From a virus (lineage: Duplodnaviria; Caudoviricetes), in IMG/VR virus record IMGVR_UViG_2806310546_000001: a stretch of 64,000 nt of DNA; one strand, written 5' to 3'. Made by a program: the position numbers and the translations under genes. The notes under the pieces were generated by a model that was not told the origin of the DNA, did not search any database, and saw only the letters and a program-made list of their open reading frames with translations. Below are positions 37,726-48,641 of the stretch, piece by piece (the stretch's first letter is position 1; the number at the start of each line of letters is the position of its first letter).

Positions 37726-40700
37726 CAGGCGTGCACCCCTCCCCGCTTCACCGACTTCACCCCGAAGTTGATCGCCCGTGCGACGTCAGCCGTCGTGGCG
37801 CCCTGCGGGGTGGTCACGTTCAAGTTCTCGAAAACCGGCGCGGACCGCAGCGGCTCGTACGGCGCCATCTCGACCTTCACGCCGTTCTTCCCCACCAGCT
37901 GCGTCAGCGTGTCGTAGCTGCGGGTCTCGACGTTGTTGAGGACGCGCTCCGGGTACTTCGTCCCGTTGAACCCGCCCTCACCCGGCTCCATGATTCCGCC
38001 GTTGTCGTAGAACCCGCGGGCACGGTGGAACGCCCACGCCTTCACCGGGTCCCCGTAGCGCTGCCGGATGTAGCCGAGGCCCCAGTTCGCCTGACCGGCC
38101 GGCGTCGGCTCGACCGGGCCGTACAGCGACGTCATCTTCTGGAACAGCCCGCGCGCCGATGTGGTCGGGTTCGCCGCGCCCGGATCCCACGACGACTCTT
38201 TCGCGACCAGCGGGAAGATGCCGTTGTCCCACTGCGGGCCCTTGTCCCACCCACCGAACCGGGCCGCGACCTGCTTCACCTGCTCGACCACAGCGCCGGA
38301 GATACCCGAGATGTCGACGCCCCCACCCGAGGTCGCGAACATCGCCATCAACTGGGTGAGCGCCTTCTCCTTCACCTTGTCAGCAGAGAAACGCGCAACG
38401 CCCTGGCCGCGAGCGACCTGGTCCGACGGACCGAAGAACTTCGGGACGTCCCCGATCTCCTTGTACGCCTTCGCGAACGCCTCGTTCACCGCCGGCGTCG
38501 GGTCGAACCCACCACCGCCAGCCCCACCCGAGACGAACTGCCCGCCGACGACCGGAAGGTGGAACTGCTGCGTGAAATAGCCGTTGTCGGCGCCCCAGCG
38601 GGACGGGAAAGAGAACGGGGTTCCATTCGGGCCGTGCTGCTCCGCGTTCTGCCCACCAAGAGTGGCCGCCATGTGATCGTTGGGCTTGTTGCCGATTGCG
38701 TAGGCACTCTTAAGCCCTGGCGCGAACCCGCCCCAGGGCATACTCGCGGTTGTCCCAATTCGGCCGGAGTTTGGCGGGCGACCGGAAAGGATGTGCGTGA
38801 TGGCGCTCTGGAGAGAGCTGCAGTCCATGCCGGCGCGCGGGTTAGTGCCGCCACCGTAGACGTAGGGGGCCCCTCGCGCCTCTGTCGAGAGGTACCGCTT
38901 GGCCGCGTTGATCCGCTGGTCTACTGGGCCACCGGCGGCCCGCCGGGGCACGTTCTGGTCGAACCCGGACCGGCCGTGGAATTTCTTCGGGCTGACCCGC
39001 TGCAGCCCACCGGCTGCCTGCAACGCCTCGCCGTCCCCCGAGTTCAGAGCCGAGAGGAACGGGAGGGTCCGCTTCGCGACCTTCTCCCGGACCACGTACT
39101 CGCCGTTCGACACCCGCGCGGTCGCCATCCCACCCGAGTCGAGCCCGAGAATGGAGTCGGAGGTGCCGGTTCCCGGGCCGCGGAGGAGACCACCAGCCGC
39201 GAAGTTCGGGATGTAGGGGTTGACGTGCTTGCCTAGCGAGAACTGGCCGTCGAGGTGGTTCCAGGCGTCGGTGATCGACCGGATCGGGAAGTTGATGACC
39301 CACTTCAGTGGGTTCCCCGAGTCCGGCATCGTCCGCGCCAACTGGGCACGCCACGAATCCGCGAACGCCGTTGTCGAACCAGCCGTGACGCCTTGCGCGC
39401 CCCGCACCTGCCCGAGGTGGTTCTGCACAACCCCCGACATGTTCGTGGTCGCACCGGACATGTTCGCGGTCTGGACCTGCGTGTTCAGGGCGAGCGCGTT
39501 GTTCGCCATCACCGTCTGCCCCTGCGACAGCCGGAGCCCGGTGTGCTGCAGCTGCGACGTCTGCGACATGCCCGTGGTCGCCGCGGCCATGCCGGCGTTC
39601 GTGGCCGCCGAGTTCGCGGCCGTGATGTTCGAGCTCACCTGCGTGGCGGCCTGGCCAGCGCGGAGCCCGGCGTGCTGGGCCTGGGACTGCAGGCTCATCC
39701 CGGTGGTAGTGGCGGCGACGTTCGCGTTGTTCGCTGCCGCGTTCTGCGCAGTCAGGTTCGTCGACAGCTGCGTAGCCGTCTGACCGGCCCGGAGACCGGC
39801 GTGCTGAGCCTGCGCGGCCAGCGACATACCGGTGGTCGTCGCGGCCATGCTCGCCGAGTTGATAGCCGTGTTCGCCGCGGTCGCGGCCGTCGACACCTGA
39901 GTAGCGACCTGCGCCGCCTGCAGCTGCGCGTTGGCCATGGGAGCCTGGACCCCGACCTGCACCCCGTACTGCAACAGCGCCGGGAACAGAGCTCCGGTCA
40001 TGGCTCCCACGAGTGGGGTCACGCCGGCCGTGGTCATCTGCTGCTGCCCCGCCGTCACCGCGGCCAGGGCAGGAGCCAGCATCCCCGCCGTAGCGGTAGC
40101 CGACGCCATCTGGGCCGACAGGGCGCCCGTCGCCCCGGCTGCTGCGGTAGTAGCGGCAGGGTCACCAGTCGGCACCGGGACCGGCGCGGCACTCGGGGCA
40201 GCAGAGGGGGAAGCGCCGCCGCCAGCAGGCATCGGCTTTGCGGCGCCGCCGGCGGCGAACCCGACCGGGCCACCCTTCGCCATCCCATTGATCGCGGTCA
40301 GCGTCTTGAGGCCGACAGCCTCCACCGACTGCTTCCGGACCACGAACTCGCCCGGGGTGAGCATCGCGGGGACCGTGTCCGACTTCGCGATCCGCTTCGA
40401 CCCGCGAGCACCCTGCGCGTAGCCGCGGATGACCTGCTTGTGCGAGATCGCGCCGCCGGCCGCGTAGCCGGGAATCAAGCCGCCCTCCGCCCACCCAACA
40501 AGGCGGCGCGCCGCCGAGATCTGCGGGCCGATCACCGGGATCGAGCCGAGCCCGTCGAGCATCGTCCCGATCAGCCGCCGGAATGCCTCCTCAGCGGGCC
40601 CGACGTTTGCGCCGACGTCGAACGACTGCGGCTTACGCGCGTTGTCCTGAACGCCGGCGACCTTGTTGTTCGCGGGCTGCGGGTTGCCGTCGACCGTCAT

Positions 40701-43700
40701 CACGCCGGTGGTCTTGTCGACCTTGACGCGCATGCCGTTGAGCTTCCCGTCGCACGGGACCGGGTTGCCGTCGACGAACATCGTGCCCGTCGTGCCGTCC
40801 GTCTTGGCCTTGATGCCGAGGCGAGCCTGGTCGGCGGGCGAGATGTTGCCGTTGATCCCGACCGTGCCGGTGGTGGCGTCGACGTTGAGCTTGAACCCGC
40901 CGACTGTCGCCGTCGCCGGGCCGGGGTCAGCGTCGACCCCGATAGTGCCCTTGGTCGAGTCGACAGCAGCCTTGACAGCGGCGAGAGCCGGGTAGACGGG
41001 GCTAGCGTTCGCGTCAAGCTGGACCGTCTTACCGTTCGGGAAGACCGCGACAGCGTTCCCCGCGTTGTCGATCTGCACCTTCGCGCCTGCAGCCGACAGG
41101 CCCGCATAGTCGAGGCCCTGAACCATCTGCTGCAACGCAGGGGTGAGCTGACCGGTGGTCTTCGAGACCATGTCGCCGATCGACTGCGCGTAGGCGGTGT
41201 TCGAGGCCGCCGACGTGTCGACGACGCCCTTCTTCTTCGCCTCCTCCGCCGCAGCACGCATCGCAGCATCGGCCTGCGCGGTCTGCGCCTGCTGCAAGCG
41301 GAGCTCGGCGTCCTTCGCCTCATCCGAGCCCGCGCCCGAGTTCCGGACCGCAGCCGCGTACTCATCCTGGGCCTGCTTCGTCGACCGCACCGACTGCTCG
41401 AGACCGAGGCGGGCGTTGATGCTGCCCAAGATCTTGTTCTGCTGGTCCGTGAGCGCCTGAGTGGCGTTCATCGTGGCGCGCCGGGCGTTCTCCTGCTCCC
41501 GAGCCACAGTCGCCGAGGAGGACGCGAGCTGGCGCTGTGCCTCGATTGCCTGAGGCGAGTTCACCCCGAAGTCGCGGACAGCCTTCTCGTAGTTGCCCTG
41601 GGTCTCCGTCGCGATTGACTGGGCCCGCTGCAGGTCCGTCATGGACGCGCGCCGCTTGTCCAGTTCGGCCCGGACCTCCTCGACGGAAGTCGCGATGCCC
41701 ATCTCGGATTTGATCCAGTTGTCGAGGTCGCTGATCCAGTTCGGCCCGATGACGCCGCCTGTAGAGCGCTGCGCCTCGACGGCAGCCGTCGCCTCCTGCG
41801 CGGACTTGCCGCCCCTCTCCATAGCGTCAGCAAGTTCGTTCGTGCTTGTCGTGCTGGCATCGACGATCGCAGTCAGCGCCAGTACGGCGCCGCCGACTAG
41901 CGGAAGCCCCGAAGCCAGGCCGGACGCAGCCGTACCGGCCATCTGCATACCGCGACCGGCCGCATAGCCAGCGGTGGCCGAGCCGGTCATCTTCTGAACA
42001 AACCCGCCGCTGGCGGCGCCCGCTCGGTCGAATCCCGTCCGCATGTTCGTCAACGCGGTCGTCGCCGCCAGCGCGGACGGGTTGAAGAGCGTCGACGAGA
42101 CATTTGCGAACCCGCGCAGACCACCCACGCTCTGCGCGATCGCCATCCCTGACATCGCCGTGCCCAGCTTGGAGGCCGCGGCCGCGGCGAGACCCGCCCC
42201 TGCCACGACCGAAGTCAGGCCAGGGTTGAGCTGCGCCAGCCACGACACCCAGTCCGTGATCCCGCGAACCACCTCGAGCACCGCGCCACCCAGGGGGGCC
42301 AAACTCACCGCGAACTGCGCCAGGTCGGAGCCGACGTCGGCCAGCCACCCGCCCAGATACTCGAGCGTGTCCCCGGCCTTCTGCAGCCAGTTCGTGAGCT
42401 CGCCCGTCTGCCGGGCCCCGATCACCCACGACTCGAACGCCTGCGCCGAGTTCTCGGCGAGCCTCGCGAACCGCTCCGTGACCGGACCAGCTGCAGCCGT
42501 CAGGTCGGTGAGCGCGCCGAACATGTGCAGCCCCGCGTCGCCGTACGACTGCAGGGCCCTGTTGTTCGACGACATGATCGAAGCGAAAGACGCCTGGAAC
42601 GGCGGAGACGCCGCGAGCTTCCCGCCCCGCTCGGCCAGATCGCCGATGATGCTGCCGGTCTCCGCAAGCCCCTGCCGCAGCACCGGCTCCACCGCCAGGA
42701 GACTGCGCATGCCGCGCTCGACGCCGGGCAGCATCTCCTCGGCGATCGCGCCAGTGACGCGCTTCCACGCCGGTTGGAACTCGTTACGCAGGAAGTTGAC
42801 CATGGATCGGCCAGCGGGGGTCAGCTTCGACAGGGCGTACTCGGCCTGTTTCGCTCCACCCGCCGCAGCTTCGCCGCCCGCCGTGTAGGCCTCAGCCAAC
42901 TGGCGCTGAGCTGCGCTGACGGCGCGAGCCGAGTCCTCCTGCTGCCAGGCCGCTTGCTGGATCGCCTGTCCCACAGCGGCTTGACTAGCGCTGACTTGGT
43001 CGGCCGCATCGGCGTTCGCCCAAGCCGCTTGCTGAGACGCTCGGCCGATTCCGGCGTAAGCATCGCTAACGGCTGCTGCCGCATCCGACTGCTGCCAACT
43101 CGCCTGAATGGCCTGCTGGGCCGCCGCCTCTTGAGCTGCAGAAACCGCTTTCGCTCCGGAAATCTGAGCCTCGGTGACCCCGGCCGTGGCAGCGCCGACT
43201 CCGCGCTGAGCTTCCTCCAGCGAGCGCGTGGCCGCGACGACTTGGTCAGACCCCTGGACCCCGGTCCGCGCCCACTTCGCCTGCTCCTGAGTCAGGTCCC
43301 CGTAGCGGACCTGAGTCTCCTTCAGATTCTGCTCGGCCTCACGAACCGACAAGGCCATATCAGCCATCGCGAGGGGATCGGTCCCAGCACCAGCCTTCGC
43401 CAGGCGGTCACGCGCCTGAGCCAGAGAAAGCGCCGCGCGCTCCTCAGACAGACCCGCCCCAGCAACGCTGAGCTGCAGATCACGGTTCGCTCGGACCGCA
43501 TCTTGGGTAGCACGCGTCAACGCCTCTTGGGCGTACTGCCGTGCCCGCTGACTATTGGCCAACGAGGCTTCAGCAGAGGCCACGCGGGCGTTCGCTGAGG
43601 CCTGAGCATCGGCGACCGCACGAGCCGCTGCCGCCCGCTGCCAGCCCGCCTGGATGGCTTGGCGGGACGCTGCGACCTCGGCCTGACCGGCCGCTCGGAC

Positions 43701-45143
43701 CGCTGCCGCTACCTGCTGTGCGCCAGTGATCGCGGTCCGGGCCTGCTGTGTCCTCGACTGATTCAGCGAGGCGATCGCGGATCCGACCTGCTGGGCGCCC
43801 GTGATCGCCGCCCGATCAGCCTGCGTCTGAGCCTGCGCCAAAGCCGACTGGGCCGAAGCGACCTGCTTAGCGCCGGCAGACCTAGTCCCCGACGCGGCAG
43901 CCGACGACGTCGCCGCCGACTTCTCATCCGCCTCGAGCGCCTTCAGCGCATCCCCGATACCGGAGAACCCAGCAATACCGGCCGCAGCGCCCTGCCCGAG
44001 AGCACCCGCGGCGCCACCCACAGCCGCCAAAGCAGCAGCAGCCGCCGGAGCGGCAGCAGCGATCGCCCCCAGGGCAGCGACAACGCCGCCCAGCATCAGC
44101 GCCGCGTTACCGGCCCCCGACGCGTCGACATTGACGTTGACGCGCTTACCGCCCAGTTCGGCGACCTGAGCCCGCAGCGCGGCGATCTTCGCCGACGCAG
44201 ACGCGATATCGGCGTCCACCTGAACCGACGGGGCCAACGACCCCAGACGGGTCAACTCGGCGGTCAGCCGCAGAATCTCCTGCTGCGCCTGCGCCGCCTT
44301 CACCTGCACATCCGGCGACGCCGAAGTCAGATCCAGGCGAGACAGCTCCGACTGCAACGCCGACAACTGCAGCTGCGCGCGCGAAACATCCGCGACAACC
44401 TCAGGCGTCGCCCGCGCCGCATCAACCTGCGCAAGCTGCTGGTTGACCAAACCCAGCTTCGCCGACGCCGCCGCGATATCCGCGTCCACCTGCGGGGACG
44501 GCTTCATCGCGCCCAGGCGCTCAAGCTCCGCCCGGATCCGCAGCGCCTCCTGCTGCGCCCGCGCGATCTGCAGCTCAACCTCGGGGGTGGCCGTCTGCTG
44601 AGACAGGGTAGCCAGCCGGTTATCCAGCTCCGACAGCCGCGCCATCGCCTGCGACGTGTCAGCGGTGACCTTCGGCTCGGTCTTCTTCCGCTCGATCTCG
44701 TCCAACAGCCCGTTGAACTTTTCGAGCTTCGCCTGGCCCTCGGCGATCATCGCGTCGACGTTGACGCTGGCCTTGCGCTCGTTCAGCCGTTCAAGCTCGC
44801 CATTGATCTTGTTGAGGTCACGCTGCGCCTCAGCGATCTGAGTCTTGACCTTCGGCGACGCGGTCTTCTTGTTGAGCTCATCGATCTTGTCGATCAGCTC
44901 ATTCGCGCGGGCCTCAGCAACCGCGATGTCGAACTCGACACCAGGGTTGGCCTTCTCCTTGTCCAGCGCCTTCAGCTCACGCTGGACCTCGGCGATCGCC
45001 GCTTTGACCTTCGACGCATCCGCATCGAGATCGACACTCTTCTCGAGGTCAATCCGCTTTAGTTCAGATTCCGCTTTCTTAGAAAAGCCGCGAACTGACG
45101 GTAAGAGCGTGACATATCCAGACCCCAATTCGTAATCGGGCAT
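37725..45143 (-). CDS. tape measure protein with C-terminal cell-wall hydrolase domains
   Basis: 2472 aa, Ala/Gln-rich helical; ELGSGYVTLLPS start; NlpC/P60-like PYVYGG...DCS; lytic-transglycosylase-like KESSW...ARGLFQ...YIRQRYG. Confidence 0.95.
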   Translation of the reverse strand: MPDYELGSGYVTLLPSVRGFSKKAESELKRIDLEKSVDLDADASKVKAAIAEVQRELKALDKEKANPGVEFDIAVAEARANELIDKIDELNKKTASPKVKTQIAEAQRDLNKINGELERLNERKASVNVDAMIAEGQAKLEKFNGLLDEIERKKTEPKVTADTSQAMARLSELDNRLATLSQQTATPEVELQIARAQQEALRIRAELERLGAMKPSPQVDADIAAASAKLGLVNQQLAQVDAARATPEVVADVSRAQLQLSALQSELSRLDLTSASPDVQVKAAQAQQEILRLTAELTRLGSLAPSVQVDADIASASAKIAALRAQVAELGGKRVNVNVDASGAGNAALMLGGVVAALGAIAAAAPAAAAALAAVGGAAGALGQGAAAGIAGFSGIGDALKALEADEKSAATSSAAASGTRSAGAKQVASAQSALAQAQTQADRAAITGAQQVGSAIASLNQSRTQQARTAITGAQQVAAAVRAAGQAEVAASRQAIQAGWQRAAAARAVADAQASANARVASAEASLANSQRARQYAQEALTRATQDAVRANRDLQLSVAGAGLSEERAALSLAQARDRLAKAGAGTDPLAMADMALSVREAEQNLKETQVRYGDLTQEQAKWARTGVQGSDQVVAATRSLEEAQRGVGAATAGVTEAQISGAKAVSAAQEAAAQQAIQASWQQSDAAAAVSDAYAGIGRASQQAAWANADAADQVSASQAAVGQAIQQAAWQQEDSARAVSAAQRQLAEAYTAGGEAAAGGAKQAEYALSKLTPAGRSMVNFLRNEFQPAWKRVTGAIAEEMLPGVERGMRSLLAVEPVLRQGLAETGSIIGDLAERGGKLAASPPFQASFASIMSSNNRALQSYGDAGLHMFGALTDLTAAAGPVTERFARLAENSAQAFESWVIGARQTGELTNWLQKAGDTLEYLGGWLADVGSDLAQFAVSLAPLGGAVLEVVRGITDWVSWLAQLNPGLTSVVAGAGLAAAAASKLGTAMSGMAIAQSVGGLRGFANVSSTLFNPSALAATTALTNMRTGFDRAGAASGGFVQKMTGSATAGYAAGRGMQMAGTAASGLASGLPLVGGAVLALTAIVDASTTSTNELADAMERGGKSAQEATAAVEAQRSTGGVIGPNWISDLDNWIKSEMGIATSVEEVRAELDKRRASMTDLQRAQSIATETQGNYEKAVRDFGVNSPQAIEAQRQLASSSATVAREQENARRATMNATQALTDQQNKILGSINARLGLEQSVRSTKQAQDEYAAAVRNSGAGSDEAKDAELRLQQAQTAQADAAMRAAAEEAKKKGVVDTSAASNTAYAQSIGDMVSKTTGQLTPALQQMVQGLDYAGLSAAGAKVQIDNAGNAVAVFPNGKTVQLDANASPVYPALAAVKAAVDSTKGTIGVDADPGPATATVGGFKLNVDATTGTVGINGNISPADQARLGIKAKTDGTTGTMFVDGNPVPCDGKLNGMRVKVDKTTGVMTVDGNPQPANNKVAGVQDNARKPQSFDVGANVGPAEEAFRRLIGTMLDGLGSIPVIGPQISAARRLVGWAEGGLIPGYAAGGAISHKQVIRGYAQGARGSKRIAKSDTVPAMLTPGEFVVRKQSVEAVGLKTLTAINGMAKGGPVGFAAGGAAKPMPAGGGASPSAAPSAAPVPVPTGDPAATTAAAGATGALSAQMASATATAGMLAPALAAVTAGQQQMTTAGVTPLVGAMTGALFPALLQYGVQVGVQAPMANAQLQAAQVATQVSTAATAANTAINSASMAATTTGMSLAAQAQHAGLRAGQTATQLSTNLTAQNAAANNANVAATTTGMSLQSQAQHAGLRAGQAATQVSSNITAANSAATNAGMAAATTGMSQTSQLQHTGLRLSQGQTVMANNALALNTQVQTANMSGATTNMSGVVQNHLGQVRGAQGVTAGSTTAFADSWRAQLARTMPDSGNPLKWVINFPIRSITDAWNHLDGQFSLGKHVNPYIPNFAAGGLLRGPGTGTSDSILGLDSGGMATARVSNGEYVVREKVAKRTLPFLSALNSGDGEALQAAGGLQRVSPKKFHGRSGFDQNVPRRAAGGPVDQRINAAKRYLSTEARGAPYVYGGGTNPRAGMDCSSLQSAITHILSGRPPNSGRIGTTASMPWGGFAPGLKSAYAIGNKPNDHMAATLGGQNAEQHGPNGTPFSFPSRWGADNGYFTQQFHLPVVGGQFVSGGAGGGGFDPTPAVNEAFAKAYKEIGDVPKFFGPSDQVARGQGVARFSADKVKEKALTQLMAMFATSGGGVDISGISGAVVEQVKQVAARFGGWDKGPQWDNGIFPLVAKESSWDPGAANPTTSARGLFQKMTSLYGPVEPTPAGQANWGLGYIRQRYGDPVKAWAFHRARGFYDNGGIMEPGEGGFNGTKYPERVLNNVETRSYDTLTQLVGKNGVKVEMAPYEPLRSAPVFENLNVTTPQGATTADVARAINFGVKSVKRGGVHA

Positions 45144-45182
45144 TCGATGTCACCCCCGACTACTATTGAAGTGTCGGGATTT

Positions 45183-46123
45183 TCATTCTCCCGGAGATAC
45201 TTCGATTGACCCTAAGTTGTTACGAATGATTGCTTGCTTTGATTCATGCTCCGCGATGTGCGCGTCGAACTCTTCCTGAGGCACGAACACCAGTTCTTCC
45301 ATGAGCTGGTCAAACGCCTGGTGTGCGGCGCGGCGCTTCACAATGTCAGCGGCAGTCTCAGGAGTCGGCCACGGCTTCGCGCGGGACTTCTTCCGACTGC
45401 CAGACGTGACATGGATGTTCTGCTGCAAGAGCTGGAACAGCGCCGCGAGGATCTGCGTCTGCTCGCCCATCTCGAACGTCTCAGGGCGATGTTGCTTCGT
45501 CTGCAGCAGGCCAGCCTCGGCCGCGGCCTCGTACACCTCGACGTCCCGCAGCTTTGCCCACCGCAGATACGAATCGGACCTCCGGTCCAGCATCGCGACC
45601 AGATTCTCTAGCTTCGCGAACGAGTGCCGACCCCGCCAGAAGTCAACGATGTCCAGGCCGAACCGCTCATGCAGGTCGGCCTCAAGCGCGTCCCCGTACC
45701 GGTCTACGACCCAACTGAGGTCAGACGCCCTTTTCCCGCATCACTGTCCGGGTCGGCGTCCTTGTCGTCCGCCGGCGTGGGGTCGTAGTACTTATCGATG
45801 TCCCGCATCAGCGCAGCGAGCGCGTCATCGGCCATCTCAGCGCCCTCAGTCGTCCAGAAGGCATCGAAGTCCTTACCGAACCGGATCTGCAGCGACACCA
45901 GGGTCGGCTGCTCCATCGGCGGGGTATCGATCAGCGCCTGCACATCCATCGCGTCCAGGGCCTTGTTCCACAACAGCTCGGCCTTCAACTGTCGCTGCTT
46001 CTCGCCGAACGTGAAGTGGCGGAACGCTTTCGGTCGAGTAGGAGTCTTCCGACCCTTGATCGTGTACTCGTACGGGTCGTCCTTCGTGGCTTCATCCTGG
46101 AAGTCCACTGCCGTGCGCTTCAT
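45183..46123 (-). CDS. tail assembly chaperones gpG (45704-46123) and gpGT (-1 frameshift fusion ending at 45183)
   Basis: In-frame G GGA AAA slippery site at 45731-45737; the -1 frame is open and reads YGDALEADLHERFGLDIVDFWRG into the downstream ORF. Confidence 0.88.
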
Positions 46124-46162
46124 GGTGCCTCCTGCATCCCGGTTTCAAGGTGCTGCTTGGGG

Positions 46163-46363
46163 TTACTGCTGCGCTGGTGGCTCCGGCCGCAACGTCGGGG
46201 AAACCACCGGACGAGGCGGCGGAGCGGCGAGAGGCTGCTCCGGCGGAACCTCGGCGATGTCATGCCCCCCGTCGTAGAGGGCGGCGAGATAGCTTGCGCG
46301 GTCGCCGAACACGACCTCTTGACCGGTTTCCTTGTGGGTCAGCGCCAGACGTTCGTCGGCCAT
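46163..46363 (-). CDS. small hypothetical protein
   Basis: AGAGAGG SD, ATG at 46363. Confidence 0.5.
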   Translation of the reverse strand: MADERLALTHKETGQEVVFGDRASYLAALYDGGHDIAEVPPEQPLAAPPPRPVVSPTLRPEPPAQQ

Positions 46364-46462
46364 AGCTGCCTCTCTGATGAGTAGAGCGAGGGTCCCGGTT
46401 TCACGCGCAGGGTGACGGGGCCGCGATGAAACCGGGCGGAAACGGCGCGACCCCGCCACGAT

Positions 46463-47140
46463 CTAGGCGGAGGCCACAGTGATCCCCATGCGCTGGGCTG
46501 CGGCCAGAGCGCCGGGGCCGAACAGGTACTCGCTGTAAGGGCCGCCGGCCTCGTCGTCCTCGTCAGCCGCGAGCGTCACTCCGAACATCTTCGGAGCGTC
46601 ATCGGAATTATTCCATTGCTCGTCCTCGTTCTCCGAGAGGCTCACTCGGCCGAACACGCGGGCCATGTAGAAACGGGACGCGCCCTGGCCATCAGCGCCG
46701 AGAGCAACAGCGCGCCAATACTTTGTGACAGGCTGACTCGGCTGGGTGAACTTCCACTCGCCAGCCGCAGACATCTGAACGCCCGACAGGTCGAGACCGT
46801 GGTAGACCTCGTACGCCTTCCGCTTCGTCTCCAGCATGCCGAACGACATATCCGTATCGATCGACTCGACGTCGCGACGCAGCACCGAGGAAGAGCCCCA
46901 CCCTCGGACCTCCTGCATGGAGCGGTCGAGTGTGAAGGACACGCCTTCATCGCTCAGGCGCCCGACCGACTCGTAGACGTCCGGGATCTTGATCTGGCCG
47001 CTGGCTGCGACCAGCGTGGTGATCAGGGGGGCGGACTCGGGCGCGAGAAGCACGCCACCGAGTACCGCGCGCCTAATGTTCTTGGCGTCGAACTCAAGGT
47101 GGGTCTCGAGGCTTGCCGTGGTGGTAGCCGGGGTGCTCAT
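46463..47140 (-). CDS. major tail (tube) protein
   Basis: VGRLSDEGV...VRGWG...RRDV...MLET motifs; position upstream of the chaperones. Confidence 0.85.
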   Translation of the reverse strand: MSTPATTTASLETHLEFDAKNIRRAVLGGVLLAPESAPLITTLVAASGQIKIPDVYESVGRLSDEGVSFTLDRSMQEVRGWGSSSVLRRDVESIDTDMSFGMLETKRKAYEVYHGLDLSGVQMSAAGEWKFTQPSQPVTKYWRAVALGADGQGASRFYMARVFGRVSLSENEDEQWNNSDDAPKMFGVTLAADEDDEAGGPYSEYLFGPGALAAAQRMGITVASA

Positions 47141-47246
47141 AGAGCGGCCTTCCTGTGGGATCAGGCCGTCGTACGGCCGGGTCAGTGCATGGCAAACACC
47201 CCGAACCGCGGTGCGGGTCGGGGTGGTCGAGCGCCCGGTTTCCTAG

Positions 47247-48098
47247 CTACGCCACGTCTACAGACGTCCTGACGCCTTTAGACAAATTGCAGCGCAAGTG
47301 TGCTGGTTGCGTATTCGCGTAGGTATGCTCACCGCCGCGAGCAAGTGGAATAATGTGATCGACCGAGAACGACATCGGGTCGGGATGCTTCAGGTCCTCA
47401 TCGATCCCCCTGTCACAGAGACCACAGCGGCCTGCGAAGCGGTCCATGAGAACTCGTCGCTCGACCACGTCGTACGGCGCTTGGTGACGGCGCGCGCGCC
47501 TCGCGTGCTGCAGTTGAGCGACGAACTCTCGGTTCGACTTACGCCAGACAGCCTTGATGTCGCGGAGTCGCTGCTTGTGACAGTCCAGCGAACACGTCGC
47601 GGTGAGACCGCCCTTGCGGTTGTCGGCCTGCTCAGTCGCGCCACAAACGAGACACGGAGCTAGCCTGCGTCGTCGTTTGGCAGCCCGTTCTGTCGACGTC
47701 TTTACTGAAGCGCGGAGACGACGGACGTGCTCCACTTTCGCTCGGTCATCTCGTCGCCGAGCGCAACCCGCGCAGTATCTGGTCCGACCACCACGCTCAG
47801 CAACCCGCGTAGTCCCCGGAACCAAATCCGGAAGGGCCGCCTTGCAGGATCCGCACAAAACTGGCACTACTGGATCCACGCCGTATCGTCGAGCCTGGTT
47901 GTAATGCGGGTAGCAGAGCCCACGACAGAGACGCTTCTGATCCTGGACACATCCAGGGACTCGGCAGCTAGTCGGGCGTGGAGGAGGGGTCGTCGACCCA
48001 CGCGCGATCCTGCGAGACCGTGCGTAGTGGCGCTGGCATAGGGCCTTGGCGTGGACGGGACGACCGCAATCGGGGGTGGAACATATAGGCTCGCTCAC
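47247..48098 (-). CDS. free-standing HNH homing endonuclease with N-terminal zinc fingers
   Basis: CGLC...SVDHIIPLARGGEHTYANTQPAHLRCN; several CxxC pairs; inserted between tail terminator and major tail. Confidence 0.88.
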   Translation of the reverse strand: MSEPICSTPDCGRPVHAKALCQRHYARSRRIARGSTTPPPRPTSCRVPGCVQDQKRLCRGLCYPHYNQARRYGVDPVVPVLCGSCKAALPDLVPGTTRVAERGGRTRYCAGCARRRDDRAKVEHVRRLRASVKTSTERAAKRRRRLAPCLVCGATEQADNRKGGLTATCSLDCHKQRLRDIKAVWRKSNREFVAQLQHARRARRHQAPYDVVERRVLMDRFAGRCGLCDRGIDEDLKHPDPMSFSVDHIIPLARGGEHTYANTQPAHLRCNLSKGVRTSVDVA

Positions 48099-48188
48099 GC
48101 GAGCACCTCCGGAGATCAGAGTCCAGGTGCTTGCACTGCGTCGGGGGGTGTTGAAGGCACCCTCCGACGCCCTTTCATTCTACCCACT

Positions 48189-48641
48189 TTATGGGTAGAC
48201 GGTGGGCTTATCCCAGTGAGGGCGGAGACGTATTAAGTAGCCTCCCTCAGTTCTCCGATCATCTTCATCGGTGATCGGGAACGGTGCCGGTGCTGACGAC
48301 TCCGTGATCCGGTGAATCGCGATCCCCTTGTGTGATCCTCCGTCGCGGTACGACAGGAGAATCCGGCGGAGCTCGCGCGTGATCTCCTGCGATTCGACGC
48401 GGGACGGCGCCCACGAAGCGACGTAGACGACGCCGACGAGGAGGTCGCCGATCGCGTTGACCCCGCCGACACCGGGCGCGAGCTGGGCGTGGACGTAGCG
48501 CTCGTCCCGGTCGTCCGGGGTCCGTGTGCCGACCCGCTCGAGGCCCAACCGTTCCCCGGCGACTTCGACGTCCGCAGCCATGTCCTTGATGAGCGCTTCG
48601 ACGTCAGGGAACTGGTCAGTAACGGCGAGTGGGGCCGGCAC
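48189..48641 (-). CDS. tail terminator protein
   Basis: FPDVEAL start motif; position. Confidence 0.65.
   Translation of the reverse strand: MPAPLAVTDQFPDVEALIKDMAADVEVAGERLGLERVGTRTPDDRDERYVHAQLAPGVGGVNAIGDLLVGVVYVASWAPSRVESQEITRELRRILLSYRDGGSHKGIAIHRITESSAPAPFPITDEDDRRTEGGYLIRLRPHWDKPTVYP

Noticed and set aside
45140-45185. dif or protelomerase site in the AT-rich patch
   Set aside because: No convincing XerC/D arms and no long perfect palindrome
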